Notes under the pieces: generated by a model | Databases searched by the model: none | Seen by the model: only the letters and a program-made list of their open reading frames with translations | Told to the model about the DNA's origin: nothing | Shown: positions 54,852 to 64,000 of the stretch, in pieces | How positions within the stretch are numbered: position 1 is the stretch's first letter | Layout of the letters: each line of letters begins with the position of its first letter | Made by a program: the position numbers and the translations under genes | Assembly (NCBI GenBank): GCA_964607415.1 | Contig: CAZSKK010000002.1 | Coordinates: forward strand, 352,585-416,584 | Direction of reading: 5' to 3' | DNA: 64,000 nt | Source of the DNA: an uncultured Candidatus Saccharibacteria bacterium | Lineage (GTDB): Bacteria > Patescibacteriota > Dojkabacteria > J137

Positions 54852-56333
54852 TTAAAGAACTGCTCCAATGGAATCTCTTACTTTTTTTATAGTCTTTTCT
54901 GCAACCTCGTTGGCTTTAACACCATTTTGTCTGATTAACTCTTTGATTTGTTGTTCATTTTGCGCTAGTTCCTGCCTTTTTGCTCTTTGGCTGCTAAAGT
55001 AGTCTACAAAGAATTCAAAGAAGATATTTTTTAAAGTAACGTCGCCAATGGTTCCTTTTTTATATTGATCTTCAAACTCAAGAATTTGTTCTGAATCGTA
55101 CTCCATCAATTTCATATATTTAAAGATTACATTTTTTTCTGGATCACCCGGATCATCTGCTTTAATTCTTCCCGGATCGGTTGTGATTCCAAGAATTTGT
55201 TTTTTTATTGTATCGCTATCTGCAAAAATTGTAATATCATTACCCAAACTTTTACTCATTTTTCTAACTCCATCAGTCCCCGGAACTCTTGCTACTGAAT
55301 CTTTTACATAAAGATCAGGAATTTTTAACACATTTCCATACCTGTTATTGAAAGTTTTTGCTATATCTCGACATATTTCTACATGTTGAGTTTGATCCTC
55401 TCCCACAGGCACAATATCAGGTTCAAAAATTAGTATATCTGCAGACATTAAAATAGGGTAATTGAATAAACCCATGTTTATACTATCTGTTTCAGCCTCG
55501 GGATCTGAAAGCTTATCTTTGTAGGCATGCATTCTCTTCATATGGGCTAAACTTACCATATTGTTTAAAATCTCCGTAAGTTCAAAAATACTTTTTATAT
55601 GGGATTCAATAAAAAAAGTAGTTTTTTTTATATCTATTCCAAGCGCAAGATAGTCAAGATACGTATCGTAAACATTCTTTGCAAATATATTTTTATCAAA
55701 AACTGTATTTAAAGCGTGATAATCTGCAATAAAGTAAAAACATTCGCCTTTGGTCTGAAATTCAACATGGGGCTTTACAGCACCAAGATAATTGCCTAAG
55801 TGCAGTCCTTTGCTGGAACTTGGTGTAATGCCAGATAAAACTCGCATATTTTCATTATTCGTTAGTGCTTTAACGCTACAAACATCAACAACTTTTGCTG
55901 CGGTTATTCGTACTAGATCTTTTGTAGCTATTTCCAAACTAAACTCGTTTCCTCCTGTACCCACTCTTACAGTATTTTTCTCTAAAACTTTTGAATCCAT
56001 AAACATTTCAAGATCCAGTCCAATTGGAGATACAAGTCCAACTTCAAATCCACTAACAATTTTTAGCTCCTCTGTAGTTGCAATTCTTAAGTCACTTACT
56101 CCTAAAAGCTTTTTAAAACTTTTTAAGTCGATTTTAGTATCATCTCGTCTAAGTAGCGCTATGAATTTATCATCTGCTTTAAAAATTAGTGTTGCACAAC
56201 CATCAGAAAAGTCTAGACCAAATGCTTTAATATGCTCTTCAACACTTATCCCAACGCCTTCCGGAACTTTATGGAGCGTGTAATTAACATTATTAACTTT
56301 TAATATTTGCTCAATTTTTTCAAAATATTTCAT
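54852..56333 (-). CDS. trpS: Tryptophanyl-tRNA synthetase fused to an N-terminal YbaK/ProX-like aminoacyl-tRNA deacylase domain
   Basis: Class I HIGH region LSGITPSSSKGLHLGNYLGA (TrpRS-type GNY.GA) and KMSKSLGN. The N-terminal 165 aa or so (ATLIFKADDKFIALLRRDDTKIDLKSFKKLLGVSDLRIATTEELKIVSGFEVGLVSPIG...VRVGTGGNEFSLEI) align with E. coli YbaK. Confidence 0.8.
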   Translation of the reverse strand: MKYFEKIEQILKVNNVNYTLHKVPEGVGISVEEHIKAFGLDFSDGCATLIFKADDKFIALLRRDDTKIDLKSFKKLLGVSDLRIATTEELKIVSGFEVGLVSPIGLDLEMFMDSKVLEKNTVRVGTGGNEFSLEIATKDLVRITAAKVVDVCSVKALTNNENMRVLSGITPSSSKGLHLGNYLGAVKPHVEFQTKGECFYFIADYHALNTVFDKNIFAKNVYDTYLDYLALGIDIKKTTFFIESHIKSIFELTEILNNMVSLAHMKRMHAYKDKLSDPEAETDSINMGLFNYPILMSADILIFEPDIVPVGEDQTQHVEICRDIAKTFNNRYGNVLKIPDLYVKDSVARVPGTDGVRKMSKSLGNDITIFADSDTIKKQILGITTDPGRIKADDPGDPEKNVIFKYMKLMEYDSEQILEFEDQYKKGTIGDVTLKNIFFEFFVDYFSSQRAKRQELAQNEQQIKELIRQNGVKANEVAEKTIKKVRDSIGAVL

Positions 56334-56346
56334 ATGTGTGAATATG

Positions 56347-57069
56347 TTAAGATCGGACTATAAGCATTGGTGTTCTTATTCCATCGTCTTCTTGTCCTTG
56401 AGGGTTACCGTGCAAAATTATCATTAAATCTTCTTTAGAAAACTTACTTTTAAGGCCATTGCTCATTCCAAGCACGTTATTATCTATATTATTGCCATCA
56501 AGAATAGCAGTCGGGACACCAAATTTGCTTTCTATTTTGTTACAAATTTCATCGCCATTACGAGGTGGTAAAACTGCGTACTCGTTCATTGGAGGTTCTG
56601 AAATCGGATTAAATCCATCAATTGCATTTATATTGTGCCCTGCAATTTTATAAAAATATCCTGGTTTACCTAGAATCTTTAAAATTGTTCCTATAAAAAT
56701 TGCAAGTAGTATTCTAAAGTAACCAGCTTGATTAATTGCAACCTGCATTTTCCTTGGGTGAGAATATCCTATATCTTCTGGCCATTTGGTCACAAACTTA
56801 ACAATAAATTTTGCAAGTAAACTTACCTTTACTTCGGATTGATGTACCACAAAAGCATTAGAAAGACTAACAACTTTCGCAGAAATACAAAAAAAATCCT
56901 CTTTTTTAAAATAAGGTTTGGCATACTTTTCAATAAATTTATCTAAGTTATCACCAATAAGAACTCTTGGTGTAGCTATGGGTAGACGTTTGTATGTCTT
57001 ACCTTTAAATTCAGATAACAATTCCCTCCCTTCTCTTGAAGTATTTAATAGACCATATTTATTTCCCAT
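56347..57069 (-). CDS. Hypothetical protein, possibly CofE-like (F420-0:gamma-glutamyl ligase family fold)
   Basis: Weak resemblance only (ISAKVVSLSNAFVV; Gly/Asn-rich C-terminal LDGNNIDNNVLGMSNG). Confidence 0.3.
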   Translation of the reverse strand: MGNKYGLLNTSREGRELLSEFKGKTYKRLPIATPRVLIGDNLDKFIEKYAKPYFKKEDFFCISAKVVSLSNAFVVHQSEVKVSLLAKFIVKFVTKWPEDIGYSHPRKMQVAINQAGYFRILLAIFIGTILKILGKPGYFYKIAGHNINAIDGFNPISEPPMNEYAVLPPRNGDEICNKIESKFGVPTAILDGNNIDNNVLGMSNGLKSKFSKEDLMIILHGNPQGQEDDGIRTPMLIVRS

Positions 57070-57310
57070 AGAAAAATGATAGCATAAGAAGATTAAAGAT
57101 TTAAGATTAAAGATTTTTGAATTTAGAATTCTGAAATTTACAAATCACAGCTTTGTGTCGCTTCTCATCTTCGTTCGAAATGACACTGTTCTTTAACTCA
57201 CCCAGTCTTAATCATAATCTAACCCTAAATCTTTATTTTCATTCTCATTCCAATCTAAATAATGTAGAATATTCCTATAGGGGAGTGATCCACTTATATT
57301 CTTTATCCTT

Positions 57311-57997
57311 ATGAAAAAAATTGGAACAATTTTATTTTTTTTAGTAGCTTGTATATTGCTAGCTTTATGGTCTCCGTGGATCGGCTGGAATCTTGACTTT
57401 TCACGATTAGTTGGTGTTGAAAAGCCTGAATCCATTGCCAGTTTGCAGGTGTTTTCTTTAAGTGGTGAAGTTGAGATATTGATAGATGGGGTATCAAGTG
57501 GAAATGCAAGTGTAGAGAATTCTCCTTTTGTAGTAGATAGGGTTAATCCAGGTGAAAGATTATTAACTCTAAGAAAGAAATCGGATACAAAAAATGCATA
57601 TTGGTCTTTTAGCAAATTGCTAAATTTTATTGAAGGTACAAGTGTTGCTGTAACCTTTAATTTAGGACCAGAAGAACTTTTTTCAGAAGGGCACATTGTG
57701 TACGCAGTTGATAAAAAAGACAAAGATGCTGATTCTGTAATTAATATAAATGTAAATGCGGAGAATGCTGTTGTGTTACTAGATAATATTTCAGCGCAGC
57801 AAATTACTTCCCAAAAATTTACAGAAAAATTAAATTTTGATTCGCAGCATAAAATTTCAATTTCAAAAAAAGGTTTTGAAAATCTTGAATTTACTATACT
57901 CCCAGATTCACAGGAGGATAGAAATAAATTGAAAGATTTTGATATTAATATTGATGCATATTTATTAACTCAACCTGTAGAGGTTGAGACTAAATAG
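57311..57997 (+). CDS. Hypothetical membrane-anchored protein
   Basis: N-terminal TM (IGTILFFLVACILLALW) and a beta-rich extracytoplasmic body. Confidence 0.4.
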   Translation: MKKIGTILFFLVACILLALWSPWIGWNLDFSRLVGVEKPESIASLQVFSLSGEVEILIDGVSSGNASVENSPFVVDRVNPGERLLTLRKKSDTKNAYWSFSKLLNFIEGTSVAVTFNLGPEELFSEGHIVYAVDKKDKDADSVININVNAENAVVLLDNISAQQITSQKFTEKLNFDSQHKISISKKGFENLEFTILPDSQEDRNKLKDFDINIDAYLLTQPVEVETK

Positions 57998-58041
57998 CGT
58001 GAATTGAAAATTATTACTTGAAAACTGAAAATTAACTGTGC

Positions 58042-61000
58042 ATGGCTATACCTGAGCAATATAGATTAAAAAATACAATAAAATATCCAACATCAATTAT
58101 AGTTGGAGGTTTAACCAGGCTTGGCTTTGAGCTTGCAGATTCTCTTATTGAGCAGGGAGGTTATGTCATAATTGTCGACTCCTACACTCCAGAAAATATT
58201 GAAAAACTAAAAGTATTCCCAAAAGAAACTCTTGTCAGTTTTCTTGACTACACTTCAATTCCACATCTTGAAGAAGAAATAAGAAGACTGGATTATGTTT
58301 TTTATTTTGCACATGATAGTGTCGAATATACAAACGTAATCTCTACTCAAGACTTTTTAAACTTTTCAAATTATTTAGACACAACTTTAACACTTGCTTC
58401 TAAATTCCAGGCTAAGTTTCTTTTGACCACGGCAATAAGAGCACATCAGCTATCTATGCCAGATGGAGGGATTGATTTAAATTATGGTATAAATGCTGCA
58501 ACTAACCATACTGTTTATACAGATATGGAAATCCAAAGATATGCTGAAAGTTTAGTTATGGAGTACTCTCAGAAAATAAACCTGGACATAAGAATTGTAA
58601 GATTAGGCGAATTGATTGGGGACGGTATCGATTTTTCCAAAAAAACAAACTTTATAGATTTGATTTTAAGCGCAGTTAAAGGTGGCCAAATCAAGCTTAG
58701 AAAAGATGGTTTGGAGCAAGAATGGTATGTTCATGTCCTGGATTGTGCTTATGGAATTATTAAAGCTCAATTTTCACAAGGGACTTCAGGAAAAATTTTT
58801 TCGATTAGCTATGATCATCCATTTACGCATCTTTCCATTGCATATAAAATTCAGGAAGTTGAAGATGATCCTAAGGAGATACAGTTCTTAAATGAAAGAG
58901 ATAATCTTCCATCTATTAAGCTTTATAAACCAGCGCCTAACTTAACTAAAATTGGTTGGACACCAAGGGTTAGTTTTGAAAGAGCAATAGCGCAATCATT
59001 AGCTTCAGCTAAAATTTATCTTCTAGAACAGGGTTCAGCAAAAGGTGGATTTGGATCATCAGATGATAAAAATGTTGTAGGAAAGTTAAAAAACTTTTTG
59101 ACAATTGCAAAAACAAATGAACTTCCTTCGGAGTCAGGTCCAATCTCAAGATTGGTAGAGGAAAGAAAGAAAATTGAGAATGTAAAAAAAGATAGAATAG
59201 GAATCGCCAACCAAAATATTAGAAAAAAAGCCAAAAAACCAAGGACAATGAAAGAAAAAGTTCAATCGTGGTTTTGGAATAATTTTATTGGATTTGTAAA
59301 TATATTCACTCTTTTTAAAAACAAAAGTCCTTTAGAAGTAGGAATACTACTTATATTTTTGGGAGTGTTTATTTTAATTTTTTTCACATTCATTTCTCCA
59401 ACTATACTAATTTTAAAGAATGGTTTTGTTGTTTACAGTGAGTATAGAGATATAACCTATAGTGCAAATAACGGTGATTGGGATGAATTAAGATCAAGCT
59501 CAGAAAATGTTGAAGGAGCATTAAAACAAACATCAAATTTGCTTGATAATTACGATTTTGTAGCATCCGTTGTAGCTTTAGATGATGATCTTTCCAAACT
59601 GGTAGAATTAATCAATTCGTATGCTTTATATATGGAAGGTATAAATGACATAGGTTATGCTTTAGAACCAATGGTTGATTATACTTCAGCATTTGTAAAT
59701 AATACTCAAATTAGAGCTGGAGCTGATACATATCTATCAACAAAAGATGCAGGAATTAATTTCCAAGATAACTTACTTGAACTTGAAAGTAGAGCACCAT
59801 TTATGCAAGTTGGTCTTGATAAAGTTAATAATGCTCAGAGCCAACTTAATACTGCTGATTTAAACTTCTTACCATCATATGCAGTAGAAAGAGTATTAAA
59901 AACCAATGCTGATCTCAAACGAATAAATTCTGATGTTAACAGTGTAAGTTATACTACGTACCTTCCAGAAATACTAGGAGTTGGAAGTACAAAAACTTAT
60001 TTAATAGTTGTTTTAGATAATACAAGACAAATGCCTGTTGGAGGTGAGGCAAGCGCCTACGCACTGTTAACTGTGCAAAATGGAAGCTTAAGCGAAGTTA
60101 AGGTTCAATCGATAGATGAGATAACTTTTGATTTTTCATCCATTGATGATTCGCAGGTTGAAAAAATAAACAACCGTAAATTTAATTTGATTAATAAGAC
60201 TGCTTTGAGATTTAATGATTTGGGCAATGTAAGAGATTTTGAAGATTATTCGTTTCTTGCTTCCAATGTATTTTCAGATACAACAAATGTAAATATAGAT
60301 GGAGTAATAGCAATAAATCTTAAAGGCATGGAAAAATGGTTGGAGGCAGTAGATAGCGTTTCTAGTAAAGAGTTGATAGTAGATGGAATTAAAATCCAAG
60401 CCAGTTCGTTTTTGTCAGATATTGCAAGAACTCAGGCAGTAAATGGAAGCTTGCAAGGTAAACATAGAGTTCTTGCTCAAGTATTAGCTTATGTATTAAA
60501 CGTCAGCCTTGATGACCCAGAAGTTAATCTGGTAGTATTTCAGAAAATGTTTAACGATCAAACTATCGAATCGAATATTGTTATAGATACACCAGATTTA
60601 AAATATTCTGAATTAATTGAAAAGAACAACGCAAATGGAATTGATCTTACAAGATCTGATAGCTTTTATTCAGTAGGAATTAATACAGAAGATTTGAGAG
60701 AAGTTTCAGTGGAAAGTTATCCACCCGCAACCTTATCTACAAGAATAGATGTTGATGATAATTTAAATCTTAAATACACACTTGGGATAGTATTCAGTAA
60801 TATAGGATCTACGCAAGAAGTTTCTGTTTGCCTTCCGTTGTATGTAGAAGATTCAACAATTGTAGTGGAAAATATACCCAGAGACCGATTTGTAATTAAT
60901 GCCGATGGGTCAGAAAAATGTGTTGTTGCTAAAATTCTGACAGAAGATGACATTAATGTATCCTGGAGTGTTAATGGAAGATTTTCTGTTAGTACTGGCA

Positions 61001-61188
61001 ATTCGTATCCACTTGATTTAGCTTTAAGCACAGTTAAAGGGTCGCAAACCAGAGTAGACTATGAAATACGGTATTCAAATCTAAAAGTTACTGACATAGA
61101 TGAAGTATTAACGAGGCAAACAAATTCGCTTCTATTGACTAGTGATGTTTTCTCGGATAAATTGATAAAAGTGACATTCCAAAAATAG
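58042..61188 (+). CDS. Large bitopic protein: N-terminal extended-SDR/NAD-dependent epimerase-like domain, a TM segment, and a C-terminal extracytoplasmic domain of about 600 aa
   Basis: Rossmann start IIVGGLTRLGFELADSLIEQGGYVIIVDSY. Y-x3-K at YAESLVMEYSQK. TM region VGILLIFLGVFILIFFTFISPTILIL around aa 410-440. Large C-terminal region with no known motifs. Confidence 0.55.
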   Translation: MAIPEQYRLKNTIKYPTSIIVGGLTRLGFELADSLIEQGGYVIIVDSYTPENIEKLKVFPKETLVSFLDYTSIPHLEEEIRRLDYVFYFAHDSVEYTNVISTQDFLNFSNYLDTTLTLASKFQAKFLLTTAIRAHQLSMPDGGIDLNYGINAATNHTVYTDMEIQRYAESLVMEYSQKINLDIRIVRLGELIGDGIDFSKKTNFIDLILSAVKGGQIKLRKDGLEQEWYVHVLDCAYGIIKAQFSQGTSGKIFSISYDHPFTHLSIAYKIQEVEDDPKEIQFLNERDNLPSIKLYKPAPNLTKIGWTPRVSFERAIAQSLASAKIYLLEQGSAKGGFGSSDDKNVVGKLKNFLTIAKTNELPSESGPISRLVEERKKIENVKKDRIGIANQNIRKKAKKPRTMKEKVQSWFWNNFIGFVNIFTLFKNKSPLEVGILLIFLGVFILIFFTFISPTILILKNGFVVYSEYRDITYSANNGDWDELRSSSENVEGALKQTSNLLDNYDFVASVVALDDDLSKLVELINSYALYMEGINDIGYALEPMVDYTSAFVNNTQIRAGADTYLSTKDAGINFQDNLLELESRAPFMQVGLDKVNNAQSQLNTADLNFLPSYAVERVLKTNADLKRINSDVNSVSYTTYLPEILGVGSTKTYLIVVLDNTRQMPVGGEASAYALLTVQNGSLSEVKVQSIDEITFDFSSIDDSQVEKINNRKFNLINKTALRFNDLGNVRDFEDYSFLASNVFSDTTNVNIDGVIAINLKGMEKWLEAVDSVSSKELIVDGIKIQASSFLSDIARTQAVNGSLQGKHRVLAQVLAYVLNVSLDDPEVNLVVFQKMFNDQTIESNIVIDTPDLKYSELIEKNNANGIDLTRSDSFYSVGINTEDLREVSVESYPPATLSTRIDVDDNLNLKYTLGIVFSNIGSTQEVSVCLPLYVEDSTIVVENIPRDRFVINADGSEKCVVAKILTEDDINVSWSVNGRFSVSTGNSYPLDLALSTVKGSQTRVDYEIRYSNLKVTDIDEVLTRQTNSLLLTSDVFSDKLIKVTFQK

Positions 61189-61248
61189 TAGACAAATTTG
61201 ACTTCTTTCTGATACAATAACTCACTGTAATTAACAAATAAATAATTT

Positions 61249-61749
61249 ATGGCAAAGACAACAACAAAACCGGTAGATGATCTAATTGAAATGACTCAGG
61301 ATGCACACGACGAGCTTACCAAAGAACTTCAATATAGAAAAGATATTTTAAGAGAAGAAATAGCTAAGGAAATCTCTGAAGCAAGGGAGCTGGGTGATCT
61401 TTCAGAAAACCATGCCTATAGTGTGGCAATGGAGAAGAAAGAGCAAAACGAAAATAGAATTACAGAACTTGAAGACATGCTTAAGAAAGCTAAAGTAGTT
61501 ACTGGTTCTGATGCAGGTAATATTGTAAGAGTTGGAAAAACTGTAGAGATTGAGAACCTAGAAAAAAAAGAAAAAAGAATTGTAACTTTGGTTGGATCTG
61601 AAGAAACTCAGTCAGCAGAACCTAACGAAGGAAAAATTTCAGTTGACTCTCCAATAGGTAAGGCTATCTTTAACGCAAAAGTAGGTGATGAAGTAGAAGT
61701 TCACCTTCCAACGAAAGTTGTAAAGTATAGAATAATCAAATTTATCTAA
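61249..61749 (+). CDS. greA: Transcription elongation factor GreA
   Basis: ELGDLSENHAYSVAMEKKEQNENRITELE matches the GreA N-terminal coiled coil (GDL.ENAEY). C-terminal FKBP-like domain. Confidence 0.85.
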   Translation: MAKTTTKPVDDLIEMTQDAHDELTKELQYRKDILREEIAKEISEARELGDLSENHAYSVAMEKKEQNENRITELEDMLKKAKVVTGSDAGNIVRVGKTVEIENLEKKEKRIVTLVGSEETQSAEPNEGKISVDSPIGKAIFNAKVGDEVEVHLPTKVVKYRIIKFI

Positions 61750-61764
61750 TCCTAAAGTTTTCAA

Positions 61765-62541
61765 ATGAAAAAGGTAGTTATAGCATTACTTGCTATTGCT
61801 TGCGTACTATCTGTAGTAGTATTCTTCTTTGTTGCCTTTCTAATATATAAAAATTCTACAATTAAAAGAAACTTAATTTTGATTGAGTTGGAAGAAGTTT
61901 CTTATAAATCTAAAGAAACTATGGATTATAAGTTGCTGGCTTCAAGTGAATTTCTGTCAAAAGACAGAGTCTATGTAAGAACTTCAGAATCAGGGAAAGC
62001 CCATGTTATTTTGAACGATAACTCTTTGTTGAGTTTAAACTCCAACTCAGAGGTCGTAGTAAATTCAAATGAAGTTAAAATTTTAAAAGGAAATGTCTGG
62101 TTTCGCAGTAACGGTTCAAACAAGGTGAATGAAAAAACTTTAAATAAAGGTGAAATTTATAAAAGCAATTTGGACGATCAGGCTTGGGTAGAAGCAAATG
62201 AAGATTTTGATAGAATATTTGAAGAGAATATAAATAAATCTGATTACCTTGAAGTTATAAAAAAAGATGTAAAACATAAAAGGAGCTTGGCATTGTCTCA
62301 ACAATTTGATTTGAGCACAATAGTTTCAGGCATTACAGATAATCTTGGTTTATTATCTCAATATGTTTGTAAAAAAATCCAAACAGAAAATTTTGATATT
62401 AATGACTACAAAAACCAACTTAAATCTTATGGTTTTAGAGAAGAGGATTTGATTCAAGGAGAAGAGACAATTCAGCGTCTGAAAATTTTTTGTGAAGATA
62501 ATGTGTTAACAATAGATGAAGTAAACTCCTTGATTAAATAG
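61765..62541 (+). CDS. Hypothetical membrane-anchored protein
   Basis: N-terminal TM (VVIALLAIACVLSVVVFFFVAFLIY). Confidence 0.4.
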   Translation: MKKVVIALLAIACVLSVVVFFFVAFLIYKNSTIKRNLILIELEEVSYKSKETMDYKLLASSEFLSKDRVYVRTSESGKAHVILNDNSLLSLNSNSEVVVNSNEVKILKGNVWFRSNGSNKVNEKTLNKGEIYKSNLDDQAWVEANEDFDRIFEENINKSDYLEVIKKDVKHKRSLALSQQFDLSTIVSGITDNLGLLSQYVCKKIQTENFDINDYKNQLKSYGFREEDLIQGEETIQRLKIFCEDNVLTIDEVNSLIK

Positions 62542-62576
62542 GTAAAACTTAGACTATGACTTCAAAGTCAGCAGCT

Positions 62577-63878
62577 TTAGTTTTTGTTTAATATAACTCT
62601 AACGGCTTCCGAATCAGACCATTCATATTCTGCATCTCCAAAATATAAACTTGTCTCATGGCCTTTACCGGTAATATAAACAATGTCACCAGGTTTAGCA
62701 GTTTTAAGTGCCAAATCTATTGCATCAAATCTTGAAGTATAGTTATTTGCATCAAAGCAAATTATAGGAATATCTTTATAATCTTTAGCTCTTTGAATTC
62801 TTTTTTGTAACCTATCTTTATCTATCATTTCGTATTCTTCATGAGATTCAAGTCTTTCAATGATCATCCCATTTCTGTTTTCAGCGTATTTTGCAATTTC
62901 AGAGTTTATATTTGCAACACCTTCATAGCCTGGATCTTGAGCTGCAAGCGTAATTATGGATGAATATTTACTTGCAATCTCTCCCATTCTTCTTCTCGAT
63001 TTGTACATTTCACCGACTGAACCTAGCACCGAAATTATGCTTGAGCCAATAGGCTTTATTGAGCTAAGGTGGGCCAGAGTGGATTCAAGTGTTTCAGGTG
63101 TATAGGAGTAGTCTACAATAATAACAAAAGGTTGAATTTGAAGAACTTCCATGCGCCCTGATGGAACATTATAATTTGCAATATGTTTTGACACATTTTG
63201 GCTCGGCATAAACCTTTCAGAAAGCTTAAAACCCTGAATTGAATTTGATAAAGAGAATGGTCCAGGATTTTTTAACCTAACATTTTCTTTACCTAGTTCA
63301 TAAATAATACCATCCATAAAATGGTTTACATTTTGTGCTAAAGATTTACCTGACATGAATGTGTAAATGTGATTTTTGATTTCATTATTAAAAAGATTGA
63401 GCCAAGCAAGAAAGCGTTGATCGTCACTATTTAAAACAAGTAGAGAATTATTATTTAACATTTTTATGAACTTTAACTTATTCATTACATAGCTATCCCA
63501 GTTGTTAACCTTTAAATCAGGATCTTCAAAGGTATTAGTAATTACGCCAGAATCAAGACTTATGTTTTTAAATTTGCCACTTTCGATATTTTCAGGATGC
63601 ATTTCTAAAACAATGTGGGTAATACCTTTCTCACTCATTTCGCTCAAAAGGTCAAAGGTTTCTCTTGACTTTATATTTACTAAATCAATTTCGTCATTAT
63701 AACTTTTTCCATCAAAAGAGCTGCCCAGAGAAGTAATCGCACCAACTTTAAAACCTTCCTCTGAAAGATTATGTCTGATTAGATCAGCAACAGAAGTTTT
63801 ACCTGAAGTTCCAGTAACTCCTATAATTTTAACCTTAGTAAGATCAGTTTTATTTTTAATAATTGGTAACAAAGCCAT
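62577..63878 (-). CDS. Mur ligase family protein (probably MurE, UDP-MurNAc-L-Ala-D-Glu:diamino acid ligase)
   Basis: ATP-binding IIGVTGTSGKTSVADL. IIVDYSYTPETLESTL (the DYAHNP-type motif). C-terminal YITGKGHET. 433 aa. Confidence 0.65.
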   Translation of the reverse strand: MALLPIIKNKTDLTKVKIIGVTGTSGKTSVADLIRHNLSEEGFKVGAITSLGSSFDGKSYNDEIDLVNIKSRETFDLLSEMSEKGITHIVLEMHPENIESGKFKNISLDSGVITNTFEDPDLKVNNWDSYVMNKLKFIKMLNNNSLLVLNSDDQRFLAWLNLFNNEIKNHIYTFMSGKSLAQNVNHFMDGIIYELGKENVRLKNPGPFSLSNSIQGFKLSERFMPSQNVSKHIANYNVPSGRMEVLQIQPFVIIVDYSYTPETLESTLAHLSSIKPIGSSIISVLGSVGEMYKSRRRMGEIASKYSSIITLAAQDPGYEGVANINSEIAKYAENRNGMIIERLESHEEYEMIDKDRLQKRIQRAKDYKDIPIICFDANNYTSRFDAIDLALKTAKPGDIVYITGKGHETSLYFGDAEYEWSDSEAVRVILNKN

Positions 63879-64000
63879 AATTCTAATTATACAGTAAAAG
63901 CGGGAATGATTTGATATAATGCTAAAGAACTTTTGATAAGTTCAAAAAGATTAATAGTAAAGCCGTAAGATTCAAGAATTATGATTCATGATTCAAGGCA

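Noticed and set aside
57095-57125. Short direct repeat aagattaaagattt x2 in the 57.1-kb intergenic region
   Set aside because: Low-complexity AT-rich duplication of 14 bp. No supporting context.
62542-62576. Hairpin tgacttcaaagtca between convergent 61765 and Mur ligase genes as a terminator
   Set aside because: A 5-bp stem with no U-tract. Insufficient to list.
1-64000. Alternative genetic code (UGA read through, as in Gracilibacteria/Absconditabacteria)
   Set aside because: Long ORFs with complete conserved domains terminate at TGA as well as TAA/TAG. One example is the ATGA overlap at 17812. Nothing suggests in-frame TGA inside conserved domains.

Overview
This is an AT-rich (about 33% GC) bacterial chromosome segment with about 60 genes, almost all tightly packed. 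Several features point to a Candidate-Phyla-Radiation/Patescibacteria-like or Bacteroidota-like organism. These are: no Shine-Dalgarno sequences, Lys-rich extensions on ribosomal proteins, a trigger factor without a PPIase domain, two four-helix-bundle (TIGR02436-type) genes, and a glycan-heavy gene complement. No rRNA, tRNA, CRISPR array, integrase or transposase was recognised. Content in order: (i) the 3' end of glmS, an SDR oxidoreductase and a tandem-GT4 glycosyltransferase. (ii) An 11-kb same-strand island (6.5-17.8 kb) of secreted or surface proteins. It holds a 1187-aa fusion of PGRP-type amidase, S8 subtilase and a 6-7-bladed beta-propeller. It also holds a tail-fibre-like protein with a chaperone-like coiled-coil C-terminus, a CHAP peptidoglycan hydrolase, Cys-rich hypotheticals and an 821-aa Ig-like protein with the same propeller. 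I read this as a candidate cell-wall-attack/adhesion arsenal. (iii) A glycan-assembly locus of about 25 kb (17.8-43 kb). It has Wzm/Wzt ABC export, where Wzt carries a C-terminal carbohydrate-binding-like extension. It has 5-6 SAM methyltransferases, about 12 GT2/GT4 glycosyltransferases, galE and a truncated Ugd-like dehydrogenase. It also has two polyprenyl-phosphate-sugar synthase / GT-C-like membrane transferase pairs. (iv) The infA-rpmJ-rpsM-rpsK-rpsD-rpoA-rplQ-rplM-rpsI block, then yraN, recF, tig, trpS, greA and a Mur ligase. Observations for follow-up: a GC-rich nested-palindrome repeat family with three copies, one of them translated in-frame inside a GT-C gene. A conserved leader of about 55 nt is repeated before rpsM, rpsK and rpsD. 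A hairpin array with compensatory stem changes lies upstream of a hyper-acidic protein and tig. TrpRS carries an N-terminal YbaK/ProX-like editing domain. A 1048-aa protein joins an extended SDR to a transmembrane segment and a large extracytoplasmic domain. Short repeats bracket the four-helix-bundle genes and one surface-protein gene. All domain calls come from reading motifs in the translations; no database search was run.
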